Positions 17,478-26,552 of a stretch of 64,000 nucleotides of DNA are shown in pieces. The translations under genes were made by a program, and so were the position numbers. The number at the start of each line of letters is the position of its first letter. The stretch's first letter is position 1. The stretch spans positions 8,718 through 72,717 of the forward strand of contig CALXWV010000001.1 of NCBI GenBank assembly GCA_944392515.1, written 5' to 3'. Source of the DNA: an uncultured Clostridia bacterium. Its GTDB lineage: Bacteria > Bacillota > Clostridia > TANB77 > CAG-508. The notes under the pieces were generated by a model. It saw only the letters and a list, made by a program, of their open reading frames with translations. It ran no database searches and had not been told where the DNA came from.

Positions 17478-18890
17478 ATGAAAAAAACAATTTATGGTAT
17501 TTTAATTACTTTATTTGTTGTTTTATTTACTGCTACATCATGTTTTGCAGCTACAGTAAGTAAAGACAAAGCAACTATGACTTTAGTTGAAGATAATATT
17601 TGCAATATTACTTTTGGTAAGTATGGTGAATTCGAGAAAAAAATGATTGAATGCAATACTACTGAAAAATATGTAGATATTAAATTAACTGCTAGAAATA
17701 ATGCTGAAAAATTAGAAGACAAAAAAGCAGATGTCGTTTTATTAATTGACGCCTCAAGAAGTATGTCAACTAATCAAGTTTCTATCAATGGCGAAACAAT
17801 GACTAGAAAAGAAGCTGTTATTCAATCTGCTCAAACTCTAGTAGATAAATTAATGGCAGCAAATCCTAATATCAAAATAGGTATAGTTGAATTTGCTACA
17901 TCAACTGAAACAAATGAAGAAGGTTATACAATAGAAGGAACTGACTTAGATGCAATAACTGTAACAGAAAGTCTTACAAATGATGCTGATACAATTAAAG
18001 AAGCATTAAATACAGTCTCTGAAGATGTTATGGGTGCAAGAACTAATGTTGAAGTTGGTTTAGATGCTGCTTATTCTTTACTAAAAACAAATAATGACCC
18101 AGATACAGAAGATTACATCATTACATTAACAGATGCTATTCCTAATACTGCAAGAGGTGTTGTCGGAGATACTTATTCAGAAGCAACTCAAGTTCCTACT
18201 AAAAATAAAATAGTGGAACTAGGAAACAAAGGTATTCATTTAATTTCAATGTTAATTGAAATGAGTGATGATGAGATTGAAATTTCTAAGGAAGATCCAA
18301 AGCCAACATATAGAGAAGTTGCAGAAAAAATATTTGGTACAGCTGCAAAACCTACATCAGGTGAAGTTTACTATGTTCAAGATGAAGAATTTGAAGATAC
18401 AGTAACAAATAAAATTTATGCAAGCTTAGTACAAGAACAATATATATTAGAAAATATAGTAATTAAAGATTACTTCCCTCAAAATATTATAGATAACTTT
18501 ACTTATGCACAATTAACTGAATCAAATATTGGTGAAGTAACAGCTGAAGTAAATAAAGAAGATAATTCAATTACTTGGACTATCCCAGCTTTAGGGCCTG
18601 GTGAAGAAGCTACATTTACTTATAGAATTTCATTAAATAAAGAATTTAATCAAGAGATTGTTGGTATTAACTTGCCTACTAATGAAAATGTAGAAATTAC
18701 TTATGATGAAAATGGAAAACCTGGATTTGAAGAAAATGATAAATGCCCTATCATTGCATTAGATGTATTACCTGAAAAAGATATTCCTCAAACAGGTATT
18801 TATACAAACTTATATATTACGGCTATTTTAGTAGTAGTTGCGATAGTTGGTTTTACTACTTATAAGTATATTAAGAAAAATAGATTTTAG
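17478..18890 (+). CDS. secreted von Willebrand factor A-domain surface protein with IPQTG cell-wall sorting signal
   Basis: Signal peptide (..ATSCFAA). MIDAS motif DVVLLIDASRSMS. Ig-like 'conserved repeat' block (ITWTIPALGPGEEATFTYRISL). C-terminus is IPQTG, then a hydrophobic helix, then KKNRF. Confidence 0.8.
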   Translation: MKKTIYGILITLFVVLFTATSCFAATVSKDKATMTLVEDNICNITFGKYGEFEKKMIECNTTEKYVDIKLTARNNAEKLEDKKADVVLLIDASRSMSTNQVSINGETMTRKEAVIQSAQTLVDKLMAANPNIKIGIVEFATSTETNEEGYTIEGTDLDAITVTESLTNDADTIKEALNTVSEDVMGARTNVEVGLDAAYSLLKTNNDPDTEDYIITLTDAIPNTARGVVGDTYSEATQVPTKNKIVELGNKGIHLISMLIEMSDDEIEISKEDPKPTYREVAEKIFGTAAKPTSGEVYYVQDEEFEDTVTNKIYASLVQEQYILENIVIKDYFPQNIIDNFTYAQLTESNIGEVTAEVNKEDNSITWTIPALGPGEEATFTYRISLNKEFNQEIVGINLPTNENVEITYDENGKPGFEENDKCPIIALDVLPEKDIPQTGIYTNLYITAILVVVAIVGFTTYKYIKKNRF

Positions 18891-18908
18891 TTTATAAACA
18901 ATCAAAAA

Positions 18909-18947
18909 GTAATAATTATTAGTTATTTAATAATTATTGCTTTTTTT
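18909..18947 (+). terminator. Rho-independent terminator after the VWA gene
   Basis: 12-bp stem GTAATAATTATT / AATAATTATTGC (one G-U pair), 8-nt loop, followed by TTTTTTT. Confidence 0.7.
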
Positions 18948-18969
18948 GTCCATTTACCTTGATTTTTTG

Positions 18970-18995
18970 CATGATTTATGTTAACATAAATCATG
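18970..18995. promoter_or_regulatory. perfect 26-bp palindrome upstream of the S1-domain gene (candidate operator)
   Basis: CATGATTTATGTT|AACATAAATCATG: 13-bp arms with no spacer, 55 nt upstream of the ATG at 19051. Confidence 0.35.
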
Positions 18996-19050
18996 TAGGA
19001 ACTTGTAGATAAAAAGAGATGCATGATGTACAATGGATTAGGAGTAAAAA

Positions 19051-19764
19051 ATGGAAATCAAAAAGGGAACTGTAGTAGGTTGGAACAATCAAACTAATAG
19101 TCTGATTGTTATTTCCAAAGATGATCAACGGAGAATTGAAATAGAGCAATCTGAATTTTCTATTTATGAAATGCTTTCTCCTAGTGGAGTACCTTTTGAG
19201 CTCTCATTTCTTATGGGTAAAGAAATTTATTTTACGCAACTCGAAAATAAAAAATATTCCCGAAAAGCTGTGATGTCCAATACAATGTCTACACTCAAAA
19301 TCGGGGATATTTTCCAAGCTACGGTTATTTCTTTGCCTTCTCGAAATGCATTTTTGGAATATAAAGGTTGTTTCTTTCACTGTGGAGCAAAGGAGATTTC
19401 TAGAAGCCATGTCAAAAGTTCTGCAGAGTATTTTCGCATTGGTCAAAAAATAAATGTGAAATTACTCTCAAAAGACTCAAGCACACAGTATCCTGAAGTC
19501 TCTTACAAACAAGCCTATTCTGACAGTTTGGAAAACTACCACACTGGTGATTACTGTCTTGCTAAAGTTTCCCATGAAAATACAGCAATGCAAGCTTATT
19601 TTATGGAAGTAACCCCAGTAGTGCCTGGACTGTTAGATTTTAGATGCTGCCCTAGATCAATTCTGCCTCTTTCTCATGGAGACATAGTATGTTGTAAAGT
19701 AAAAAACGTATCCAAGTCTGGTCTTAGGCTTCACGGAATATATATAGTTCGTAGAGCCAAATAA
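19051..19764 (+). CDS. tandem S1/OB-fold RNA-binding-domain protein; visibly GC-richer than its neighbours
   Basis: 237 aa; GGAG RBS. Two S1-like blocks (IGDIFQATVISL..NAFLEY...FRIGQKINVKLLSKD and GDYCLAKVSHE..AYFMEV..GDIVCCKVKNVS). Uses codons such as CGG, CTC, CCC and TCG that are rare in flanking genes. Confidence 0.55.
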   Translation: MEIKKGTVVGWNNQTNSLIVISKDDQRRIEIEQSEFSIYEMLSPSGVPFELSFLMGKEIYFTQLENKKYSRKAVMSNTMSTLKIGDIFQATVISLPSRNAFLEYKGCFFHCGAKEISRSHVKSSAEYFRIGQKINVKLLSKDSSTQYPEVSYKQAYSDSLENYHTGDYCLAKVSHENTAMQAYFMEVTPVVPGLLDFRCCPRSILPLSHGDIVCCKVKNVSKSGLRLHGIYIVRRAK

Positions 19765-19813
19765 GATTCAGCAAAACATTCCTACACTTTGCAAAATTTA
19801 TCATGCATAACTT

Positions 19814-19850
19814 CAGCCACCATAATTTATTCAATGGTGGCTGTTTCTTT
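19814..19850 (+). terminator. Rho-independent terminator after the S1-domain gene
   Basis: CAGCCACCAT - 10 nt - ATGGTGGCTG followed by TTTCTTT. Confidence 0.7.
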
Positions 19851-19876
19851 ATATTAAAGTTATTTAGAATTTATCT

Positions 19877-21058
19877 CTATATTTCTCCTCCTCTTTTTAT
19901 AAAATTCATTCCATATTTGTCTTTTAATTTATCTAAAGTTTCATCTAGCTTTTCTTGTTTTTCGCTTTGTTTATTATCAAAAAGTGAAATTTGCTTATCT
20001 TTTTCTTCTAATAAATCATCAACTCTTACTCCTATTAGCCTTACCCTAGTTCCTTTTAAATATAATTCTTGCATCAATTTCTTAGCTTGTTCATAAATTA
20101 TTTTTGTGCTAGATGTTGCTGTATCTAATTTACGTTGATGAGAAAATACCCTAAAATTAGAATCTTTAATTTGTACGTTTACTACATTTGCTATCATATT
20201 TTCTTTTCTAAGCCTATATGTTACTTGTTCTGTTAATTTTAATAATATTTTGTTTATTTCGTTTATATTACTTAAATCTTGTGGAACAGTAATTGAGTTT
20301 CCAATTCCCTTTGGCTTTTCTTCTATATAGTTTACAGGAGAGTTATCTATTCCATTTGCATATTCCCAAATTGTTTTTCCAAATTTACCAAAAGCTTTAT
20401 AAAGAACTTCTTTATTATAATTAGCTAAATCTCCTATTGTTCTTATTCCCATTTTTTCTAATTTTGGCAAGCTCTTTCTTCCTACCATTAAAAGTTCACT
20501 AACTTTAAGAGGCCACATTTTAATTTTTATTTCATCTGGCCAAAGGGTATGTATTTTATCTGGCTTTTCAAAATCTGAAGCCATTTTAGCTAAAAGTTTA
20601 TTATGCGCTATTCCTATATTTACTGTAAAACCTAACTCTTCTTTTATCCTTGTAGATATTTCTTTTGCTATACTTAAATAGTTTTCATTTTTTCCTATAA
20701 AATTAGTCATATCTAAAAAGCATTCATCAATTGAAAATCTCTCTATTATATTTGTATATTCTTTAAATAGATTGTATAACTTATTTGAATATTCTCTATA
20801 CATTTTGTGGTTTGATTCAAATACTTGTAAATTAGGGCACTTTTTTCTTGCAAAATATATTGGCTCTCCTGTCTTTATTCCAAATTGTTTAGCTATATTA
20901 CTTTTAGCTAGTACTACTCCATGCCTTTTACTTTCATCTCCACCAATTATAGCTGGAATAGTTCTTATATCTAACTTAGCTCCTTTTTTTAGCATATCTA
21001 CTGCTGTCCAAGATAAAAAAGCATTATTAACATCTATATGAAAAATTAAACGTTCCAT
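19877..21058 (-). CDS. dinB: DNA polymerase IV (Y-family)
   Basis: 393 aa; IFHIDVNNAFLSW start, SIDECFLD catalytic block, little-finger region; typical DinB length. Confidence 0.9.
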   Translation of the reverse strand: MERLIFHIDVNNAFLSWTAVDMLKKGAKLDIRTIPAIIGGDESKRHGVVLAKSNIAKQFGIKTGEPIYFARKKCPNLQVFESNHKMYREYSNKLYNLFKEYTNIIERFSIDECFLDMTNFIGKNENYLSIAKEISTRIKEELGFTVNIGIAHNKLLAKMASDFEKPDKIHTLWPDEIKIKMWPLKVSELLMVGRKSLPKLEKMGIRTIGDLANYNKEVLYKAFGKFGKTIWEYANGIDNSPVNYIEEKPKGIGNSITVPQDLSNINEINKILLKLTEQVTYRLRKENMIANVVNVQIKDSNFRVFSHQRKLDTATSSTKIIYEQAKKLMQELYLKGTRVRLIGVRVDDLLEEKDKQISLFDNKQSEKQEKLDETLDKLKDKYGMNFIKRGGEI

Positions 21059-21107
21059 AATATCACCAATTTTATTGTAAAACCTTTATTTTTAATTGTC
21101 AACTATA

Positions 21108-21140
21108 CAAAAAGAACCTTTGAAATTAATCAAAAGTTCT
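21108..21140 (-). terminator. Rho-independent terminator after rplS
   Basis: AGAACCTTT / AAAAGTTCT stem (8 of 9 pairs), 10-nt loop, then CTTTTTG on the minus strand, 9 nt past the rplS stop. Confidence 0.55.
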
Positions 21141-21148
21141 TCTTATAA

Positions 21149-21649
21149 TTATTTATTTTCTGTATTTTCAGTTTTTGTTTCTTCAGCTGGTGCTTCTACT
21201 TTAGCTTCAACTGGAGTTTCTACTGCTGCTTCAGTTACATTTTCTGTAACTTCTTCTTTTGCAGGAACTTCTTCTTTAACAATTATTTCTTTGTTTTCGA
21301 TTCTTGCTCCTACATTTTCCTTTGTCTTAGCAGCTTTTCCTACTCTGTCTCTTAAGTAGTATAATTTAGCTCTTCTTGCTTTACCTACTCTAACTGTTTC
21401 TACTTTCTCGATTAATGGAGAGTTTAATAAAAATGTTTTTTCAACTCCTACTCCATATGCTACTCTTCTTACAGTGAATGTTTCATTTAATCCACCATTT
21501 TGCTTTTTAATGACAATTCCTTCAAATACTTGGATTCTTTGTCTATTTCCTTCTTTTATTCTTTGGTGTACTCTTACAGTATTACCAACACGAATATCTG
21601 GAACTTTACTTTTTAATTGCTCATGTTCTATTGATTTAATAATATCCAT
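21149..21649 (-). CDS. rplS: 50S ribosomal protein L19 with about 50-aa acidic C-terminal extension
   Basis: Core ...[25 protein letters not shown]....GG..ETFTVRR...GVGVE..F.L.SP. An E/A/T/V-rich tail follows residue ~115. Confidence 0.92.
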   Translation of the reverse strand: MDIIKSIEHEQLKSKVPDIRVGNTVRVHQRIKEGNRQRIQVFEGIVIKKQNGGLNETFTVRRVAYGVGVEKTFLLNSPLIEKVETVRVGKARRAKLYYLRDRVGKAAKTKENVGARIENKEIIVKEEVPAKEEVTENVTEAAVETPVEAKVEAPAEETKTENTENK

Positions 21650-21701
21650 GATTTTAACTCCTTTCTTAAATTTTAGACTTTTTGTCTTTAATATTTTTAA
21701 T

Positions 21702-22407
21702 TTAGTCTTTATTTATAAGACTTTGTGCCAGGCTTTTTTCTTTTTCATTTAGTAAGTCTGGTCTTTTTAGATAAGTTATTTTTAATGATTGTTCTTTTCT
21801 CCAATCATTTATTTTTTGATGATTTCCTGATAATAATACATCAGGTACTTTTGTACCATTAAATATTTCTGGTCTAGTATATTGAGGATATTCTAATAAG
21901 TTAGAGCTAAATGATTCTTCTTTTGTAGAATCTTCACTTAAAACTCCATCTACATATCTACTAACACTGTCTAGAAGCACCATTGCTGGTAGCTCTCCAC
22001 CGTGTGAGTACATAATCTCCTATTGAAATCTCTTCATCTACTATTTCATCTAATACTCTTTGGTCTATTCCTTCATAATGTCCACATAGTAAAATTAAAT
22101 GTTTTTCTTTTGAAAGTTCTTTTACTTTAGATTGATTTAATACTTTACCTTTTGGTGATAAATATATTACTTTAGCATTTTCATCTTTTATAGAGTTATA
22201 TGCATCTTTAACCACATCAGGTTTAATTACCATTCCAGCTCCACCACCATAAGGTGTGTCATCTACATGTTTGTGCTTATCTTTTGAAAAATCTCTAATA
22301 TTGATTAAATCAATATCTATAAGATTTTGTTTAGTTGCTCTTTCTATTATACTGTGCTTAATTGGCTCAAACATTTCTGGAAATAGTGTTAATATACTAA
22401 ATTTCAT
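21702..22407 (-). pseudogene. trmD: tRNA (guanine37-N1)-methyltransferase TrmD, reading frame broken by one extra nucleotide (two overlapping ORFs)
   Basis: ORF 21961-22407 ends ..ISIGDYVLT then goes out of frame ([13 protein letters not shown]). ORF 21702-22013 carries [37 protein letters not shown]. Deleting 1 nt near 22002 (CTC ACA C GGT GGA) restores the canonical YVLTGGELPA. Confidence 0.85.
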
Positions 22408-22439
22408 CTAAAAGTTTATGTCCTTTCTAAAATTACTTT

Positions 22440-22931
22440 TTAAATTAATCCTTTTAAAATGTGAACTATTATTTTTTCATTTTGAATGTCTACTTGTTTT
22501 ATAACGTCTTTAATTGCAGGAAGTAATACTTCTTTTCCATCTTGAGTTTTTACAGTATAAATATCATTGGCACCAGTATTATATATGTCTGTAACTTTTC
22601 CAAGTAAGTTTCCCTCTTCTGTATAAACATCTAATCCTATTAAATCTGCTATATAATATGTTCCTTCTGGAAGGTCATTTTTACTTCTATTAACCTTAAT
22701 AATGCTTCCTCTTAAATCCTCTGCATCATTCATATTATCTATGCCCTTTAATTTTAAAATTAGCATATTTTTTTGAAGTCTAGAATTTTCTACTTGCATT
22801 TCTTTATCATTAACATATACATTACTTTTAGTTTTAAAATTGCTAATATCTTCAGTATATAAATTAACTTTAACTTCACCTTTTATACCAAATGTATTAA
22901 CTATTTTACCAACTTCAAATTTATCTTGCAT
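22440..22931 (-). CDS. rimM: 16S rRNA processing protein RimM
   Basis: 163 aa; F.VGKI...G.KGEVKV N-terminal barrel plus PRC-barrel pattern; position between the KH protein gene and trmD. Confidence 0.9.
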   Translation of the reverse strand: MQDKFEVGKIVNTFGIKGEVKVNLYTEDISNFKTKSNVYVNDKEMQVENSRLQKNMLILKLKGIDNMNDAEDLRGSIIKVNRSKNDLPEGTYYIADLIGLDVYTEEGNLLGKVTDIYNTGANDIYTVKTQDGKEVLLPAIKDVIKQVDIQNEKIIVHILKGLI

Positions 22932-22990
22932 TTAATACCCTTTCTTTATGTGAGCTAACTATCAAGATTTTTTATATAAAATCTTATATA

Positions 22991-23245
22991 TTAGTTATTT
23001 GCACCTTTTTTATGTTTAAATGGAAATACTACTTCTACTCTTCTTCCTTCTTTTGCTCCTAAGGCTTTGCATAAAGCTTTTATTGCTTTACATACTTTTC
23101 CTTGTCTTCCTATTACTTTTCCTTCTTCATCTTGTGCAACTTTTACATAGTAAGTATCTGTTCCATCTATTTCTTTATGTTCGATTGAAACAGCTTTTTG
23201 GTTTTCTACTAAGTTTGCTAATATGGTTCTTAATACTTCTTCCAT
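22991..23245 (-). CDS. KH-domain RNA-binding protein (YlqC/UPF0109)
   Basis: 84 aa; V.V..D.EGKVIGRQGK...AI..L; conserved rpsP-KH-rimM synteny. Confidence 0.85.
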   Translation of the reverse strand: MEEVLRTILANLVENQKAVSIEHKEIDGTDTYYVKVAQDEEGKVIGRQGKVCKAIKALCKALGAKEGRRVEVVFPFKHKKGANN

Positions 23246-23338
23246 TTATTTTCCTTTCTTACTTTTTCTAATACTTAGCTATTAATTTTTAGTTGCTCTA
23301 TCCTTTTGTTCTGCTGCTAAATCTTTAATATAGCTAAA

Positions 23339-23572
23339 TTATTTTGCTTTAGCAATTAGAGCTTTTACAGTGTCTGTAGGTTTTGCTCCGTTTTTTATCC
23401 ATTTGTCTGCTTTTTCTTTGTCTAAAACTATTGTTGATGGATTTGTCATTGGATCATATGTTCCAATTTGTTCAATTATTTTTCCATCTCTAGCAACTCT
23501 TGAATCAGCTACAACAATGTGATAGAAAGGTGCTTTTTTTGCTCCTACTCTTTGTAATCTTATTTTTACCAT
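23339..23572 (-). CDS. rpsP: 30S ribosomal protein S16
   Basis: [37 protein letters not shown]. Confidence 0.95.
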   Translation of the reverse strand: MVKIRLQRVGAKKAPFYHIVVADSRVARDGKIIEQIGTYDPMTNPSTIVLDKEKADKWIKNGAKPTDTVKALIAKAK

Positions 23573-23684
23573 AGTATCACCTCCTAAAAATTTCAGATAA
23601 TTTTACATTAAGCTTATTTATTTTAAAGCTTATTAAAATTATCAAAGTATTTATATAAAGTTAAAAACTTAATATCTAATTAAT

Positions 23685-25070
23685 TTATTTTCCAAGTTTC
23701 TTTTCCAATTCTTGAAGTTCATCTTCAGACATTTTGTCTAAATTTAATCCTTTCATCATTTTCTTCATTCTTGGATCTAAAGAACCTGTTTTCATTTTTT
23801 TCATCATACTTTGAGTTAGTTCAAATGATTTCATAAATTTGTTAATATCTTGTACTTGTGTTCCACTACCTTTTGCAATTCTAATTCTTCTTGATGCATT
23901 TAAAAGTTTTGGATTTTCTCTTTCTTCATTTGTCATTGAACTAATTATTGCTTCTATTCTAACAAATTCTTTATCATCTACATTTACACTAAGTTTATTC
24001 ATTCCTGGTATCATTTTAAGTATTGATGAAAATGAACCCATCTTTTTTACTTGTTTTAATTGAGCTAAGTAATCATTTAAATCTAATTCTTTATTTTTTC
24101 TAAGCTTCTTTTCTAGCTTTTCAGCTTCTTCTTTATCAAAAGCTTCTTCTGCTTGCTCAATAATTGATAGTACATCACCCATGCCTAAGATTCTTGATGC
24201 CATTCTATCTGGATGAAATTCTTCAATTTCATTTAACTTTTCACCAGTTCCTACAAACTTAATTGGTTTACCAGTAACTTTTTTAACAGATATAGCTGCA
24301 CCACCACGTGCATCACCATCTAATTTTGTAAGAATTACCCCATCTATCCCTAAATCTTCATTAAATTTGCTAGCTACATTTACAGCTTCTTGACCTGTCA
24401 TTGAATCAACAACAAGTAAAATCTCATGTGGTTTAACATTTGATTTAACATCTTTTAATTCTTGCATTAGATTTTCATCAATTTGAAGTCTACCTGCTGT
24501 ATCTAATATAACTACATCATTTAATTTGCTGATAGCTATTTCTTTAGCTTGCTTTGCAATTCTTACAACATTTTTATCTGTTTCATTAGCATATACTGGT
24601 ATATTAAGCTGTGCGCCTACTACTTGAAGCTGTTTTATAGCTGCTGGTCTATATACATCACATGCAACTAATAATGGCTTTTTGCCTTGCTTTCTAAGTA
24701 AATTTGCAATTTTTCCTGCAGTTGTAGTTTTACCTGAACCTTGAAGACCTACTAGCATTATAACTGTTGGTGGGTTTGGTGAAAATGCTATTTTACTATC
24801 TGTTCCACCTAGAAGGTCTATAAGCTCATCTTTAACAATTTTTACAACTTGCTGACCTGGTGTTAAGGATTTAAGTACATCTTGACCTAAGGCTTTATCA
24901 TGAATAGAGTTTACAAATTCCTTAACTACTTTGTAATTAACATCTGCTTCTAGTAATGCGAGTTTTACTTCTCTTAGCATTTCATTTAACTCTGATTCAG
25001 TTATTCTAGCTTTTCCTCTTAATTTTTTTGTAAAAGCTTGTAACTTTTCTGATAATCCTTCAAAAGCCAT
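23685..25070 (-). CDS. ffh: signal recognition particle protein Ffh
   Basis: 461 aa; GLQGSGKTTT, DTAGRL, TKLDGDARGG G-domain motifs plus a Met-rich M domain. Confidence 0.96.
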   Translation of the reverse strand: MAFEGLSEKLQAFTKKLRGKARITESELNEMLREVKLALLEADVNYKVVKEFVNSIHDKALGQDVLKSLTPGQQVVKIVKDELIDLLGGTDSKIAFSPNPPTVIMLVGLQGSGKTTTAGKIANLLRKQGKKPLLVACDVYRPAAIKQLQVVGAQLNIPVYANETDKNVVRIAKQAKEIAISKLNDVVILDTAGRLQIDENLMQELKDVKSNVKPHEILLVVDSMTGQEAVNVASKFNEDLGIDGVILTKLDGDARGGAAISVKKVTGKPIKFVGTGEKLNEIEEFHPDRMASRILGMGDVLSIIEQAEEAFDKEEAEKLEKKLRKNKELDLNDYLAQLKQVKKMGSFSSILKMIPGMNKLSVNVDDKEFVRIEAIISSMTNEERENPKLLNASRRIRIAKGSGTQVQDINKFMKSFELTQSMMKKMKTGSLDPRMKKMMKGLNLDKMSEDELQELEKKLGK

Positions 25071-25112
25071 TTATTAAATCCTCCTTTTTGAAAAAATATT
25101 TGTAAGTTTTAT

Positions 25113-25460
25113 TTAAACTAAAACGCTTAATTCTTTTTGTACTTCATTCAATATTTTTTCAATTTTCTTATCTGATGAATTGTTTTGTATTTCACTTATT
25201 TGAGATAATATTGTTTGAATTTGCTTTTCTTGTCTTTGTGTCTTTTTCATTATGCCTAACTTTTCTTCGTACTCGAAAAGTTTACCTTCTCCTTTCATTA
25301 TAAAGTCTCTTACACACTGCCTAGATATATGATGAATTTCTGCTATTTCTGATAAAGATAAATCATTATTATAGTAGTCATTTAAGACACTATATTGCTT
25401 TTCAGTTAATAATTTACCATATATCTCACATAACATACTTACTTCTATATGTTTATCCAT
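25113..25460 (-). CDS. ylxM: YlxM/UPF0122 helix-turn-helix protein
   Basis: 115 aa; LLTEKQ..VLNDYYNNDLSLSEIAE...ISRQ.V.D; immediately upstream of ffh, as in other Firmicutes. Confidence 0.88.
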   Translation of the reverse strand: MDKHIEVSMLCEIYGKLLTEKQYSVLNDYYNNDLSLSEIAEIHHISRQCVRDFIMKGEGKLFEYEEKLGIMKKTQRQEKQIQTILSQISEIQNNSSDKKIEKILNEVQKELSVLV

Positions 25461-25555
25461 TTATCTTCCCTTCTTTTTATACTAGAAAGTATTCGGCTTG
25501 TGTATAAAATTTCTTTATATTTTATTCGTTTACAAAGTATGTGTAAAACATATAT

Positions 25556-25584
25556 ACTTTACACCATTTTGACTCATTTGTCAA
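25556..25584 (-). promoter_or_regulatory. candidate sigma-A promoter for ylxM-ffh
   Basis: Minus strand TTGACA - 17 nt - TAAAGT. The -35 element sits inside a TTGAC-6 nt-GTCAA inverted repeat. Confidence 0.4.
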
Positions 25585-25792
25585 GTGTTTAAGGCTATTT
25601 TCTTGATTTTACTTACTTGTTTTTCAATTTTACTTGCATTTTTTATCTTTAAAATGTTTTGTTTATTATTTTTACCTAGTTATTTTTTTATTTTATTTAC
25701 ATATAAATCTTTGATATTTTTTTACTTTTTAATTTTCTTATTTATTTTTTCTTAAAAATATACTATAATTAAATCATATTATAGGAGGAACT

Positions 25793-26272
25793 ATGGTACA
25801 TATTAATATAGTTTGTGTTGGAAAAATAAAAGAGCAATATTTAAGAGATGCAATAAATGAATATTCTAAAAGACTTTCTAAATATTGCAATTTAAATATT
25901 ATTGAATTACAAGATAAAAAGATACCAGACAGGGCAAATTCATCAATAGAGATGCAAGTTATAGATGCAGAAAGCAAAGATATTATTTCTCATCTTTCTA
26001 AAGAAGCATATAATATTTGTTTAGATTTAAAAGGTAAAGAATTAAGTTCTAAAGGATTTGCTGAAAAAATAAATGATATACAATTAATAAACAGTACAAT
26101 AAATTTTGTTATTGGTGGTTCTCTTGGATTTAATGATGAAGTAAGAAAAACTTGCAAAGAATCCATTTGCTTTTCTAAAATGACTTTTCCTCATCAACTA
26201 ATTAGAGTTTTCTTGCTTGAGCAGATATATAGAGCTTTTAAGATTAATAATGGTGAGGTTTATCATAAATAG
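25793..26272 (+). CDS. rlmH: 23S rRNA (pseudouridine1915-N3)-methyltransferase RlmH
   Basis: 159 aa; I..VGK.K......I.EY.KRL; the C-terminal S.MTFPHQL.R..L.EQ.YRA motif of SPOUT RlmH. Confidence 0.92.
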   Translation: MVHINIVCVGKIKEQYLRDAINEYSKRLSKYCNLNIIELQDKKIPDRANSSIEMQVIDAESKDIISHLSKEAYNICLDLKGKELSSKGFAEKINDIQLINSTINFVIGGSLGFNDEVRKTCKESICFSKMTFPHQLIRVFLLEQIYRAFKINNGEVYHK

Positions 26273-26389
26273 ATAGTTGTTTTTTTATTTTATATGCTAT
26301 TATCTTACATATAATTTTCCTCACTAGGTAAAATATTGAAATAAATAAAATAAAGAAATAAATCATAATACATCCTTTTTGGAATAAAA

Positions 26390-26437
26390 ATAATGCTAAA
26401 ATTATTTAATTTATATTAATAATATTAGCATTATTTT
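26390..26437 (+). terminator. possible terminator after rlmH
   Basis: ATAATGCTAA - 25 nt - TTAGCATTAT followed by TTTT. The large AT-rich loop lowers confidence. Confidence 0.4.
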
Positions 26438-26477
26438 CCATAATATGTCAAGAGCAATATTTTATTTAATCTAGGAA

Positions 26478-26509
26478 AACGCCTTATTGAATATATTCAA
26501 TAAGGCGTT
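26478..26509. terminator. 32-nt perfect palindrome downstream of the beta-CASP gene (terminator-like hairpin, no clean U-tract)
   Basis: AACGCCTTATTGAATA|TATTCAATAAGGCGTT, 44 nt past the stop at 26553. Confidence 0.4.
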
Positions 26510-26552
26510 GAGTTTAATTCAGCTTCTATTTCTTTAATTTTCTACTTTTCTT

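Noticed and set aside
18966-19801. 14-nt imperfect direct repeats (TTTGCAtgATTTAT / TTTGCAaaATTTAT) flanking the GC-richer S1 gene, considered as possible insertion scars
   Set aside because: A rough estimate for AT-rich sequence, searching about 100 nt on each side, predicts roughly one such 12/14 match by chance. This is not evidence on its own.
21961-22013. The idea that trmD is a deliberately split gene (N and C halves made separately; AGGAGA..ATG precedes the second ORF)
   Set aside because: The AGGAGA is simply the conserved GDY codons, and it ends only 2 nt before that ATG. The split would also cut through the knot-forming AdoMet loop rather than the domain linker. A single-nucleotide lesion is the simpler description.
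25774-25977. 67-aa minus-strand ORF overlapping the rlmH start
   Set aside because: It is antisense to a well-supported rlmH, with no RBS.
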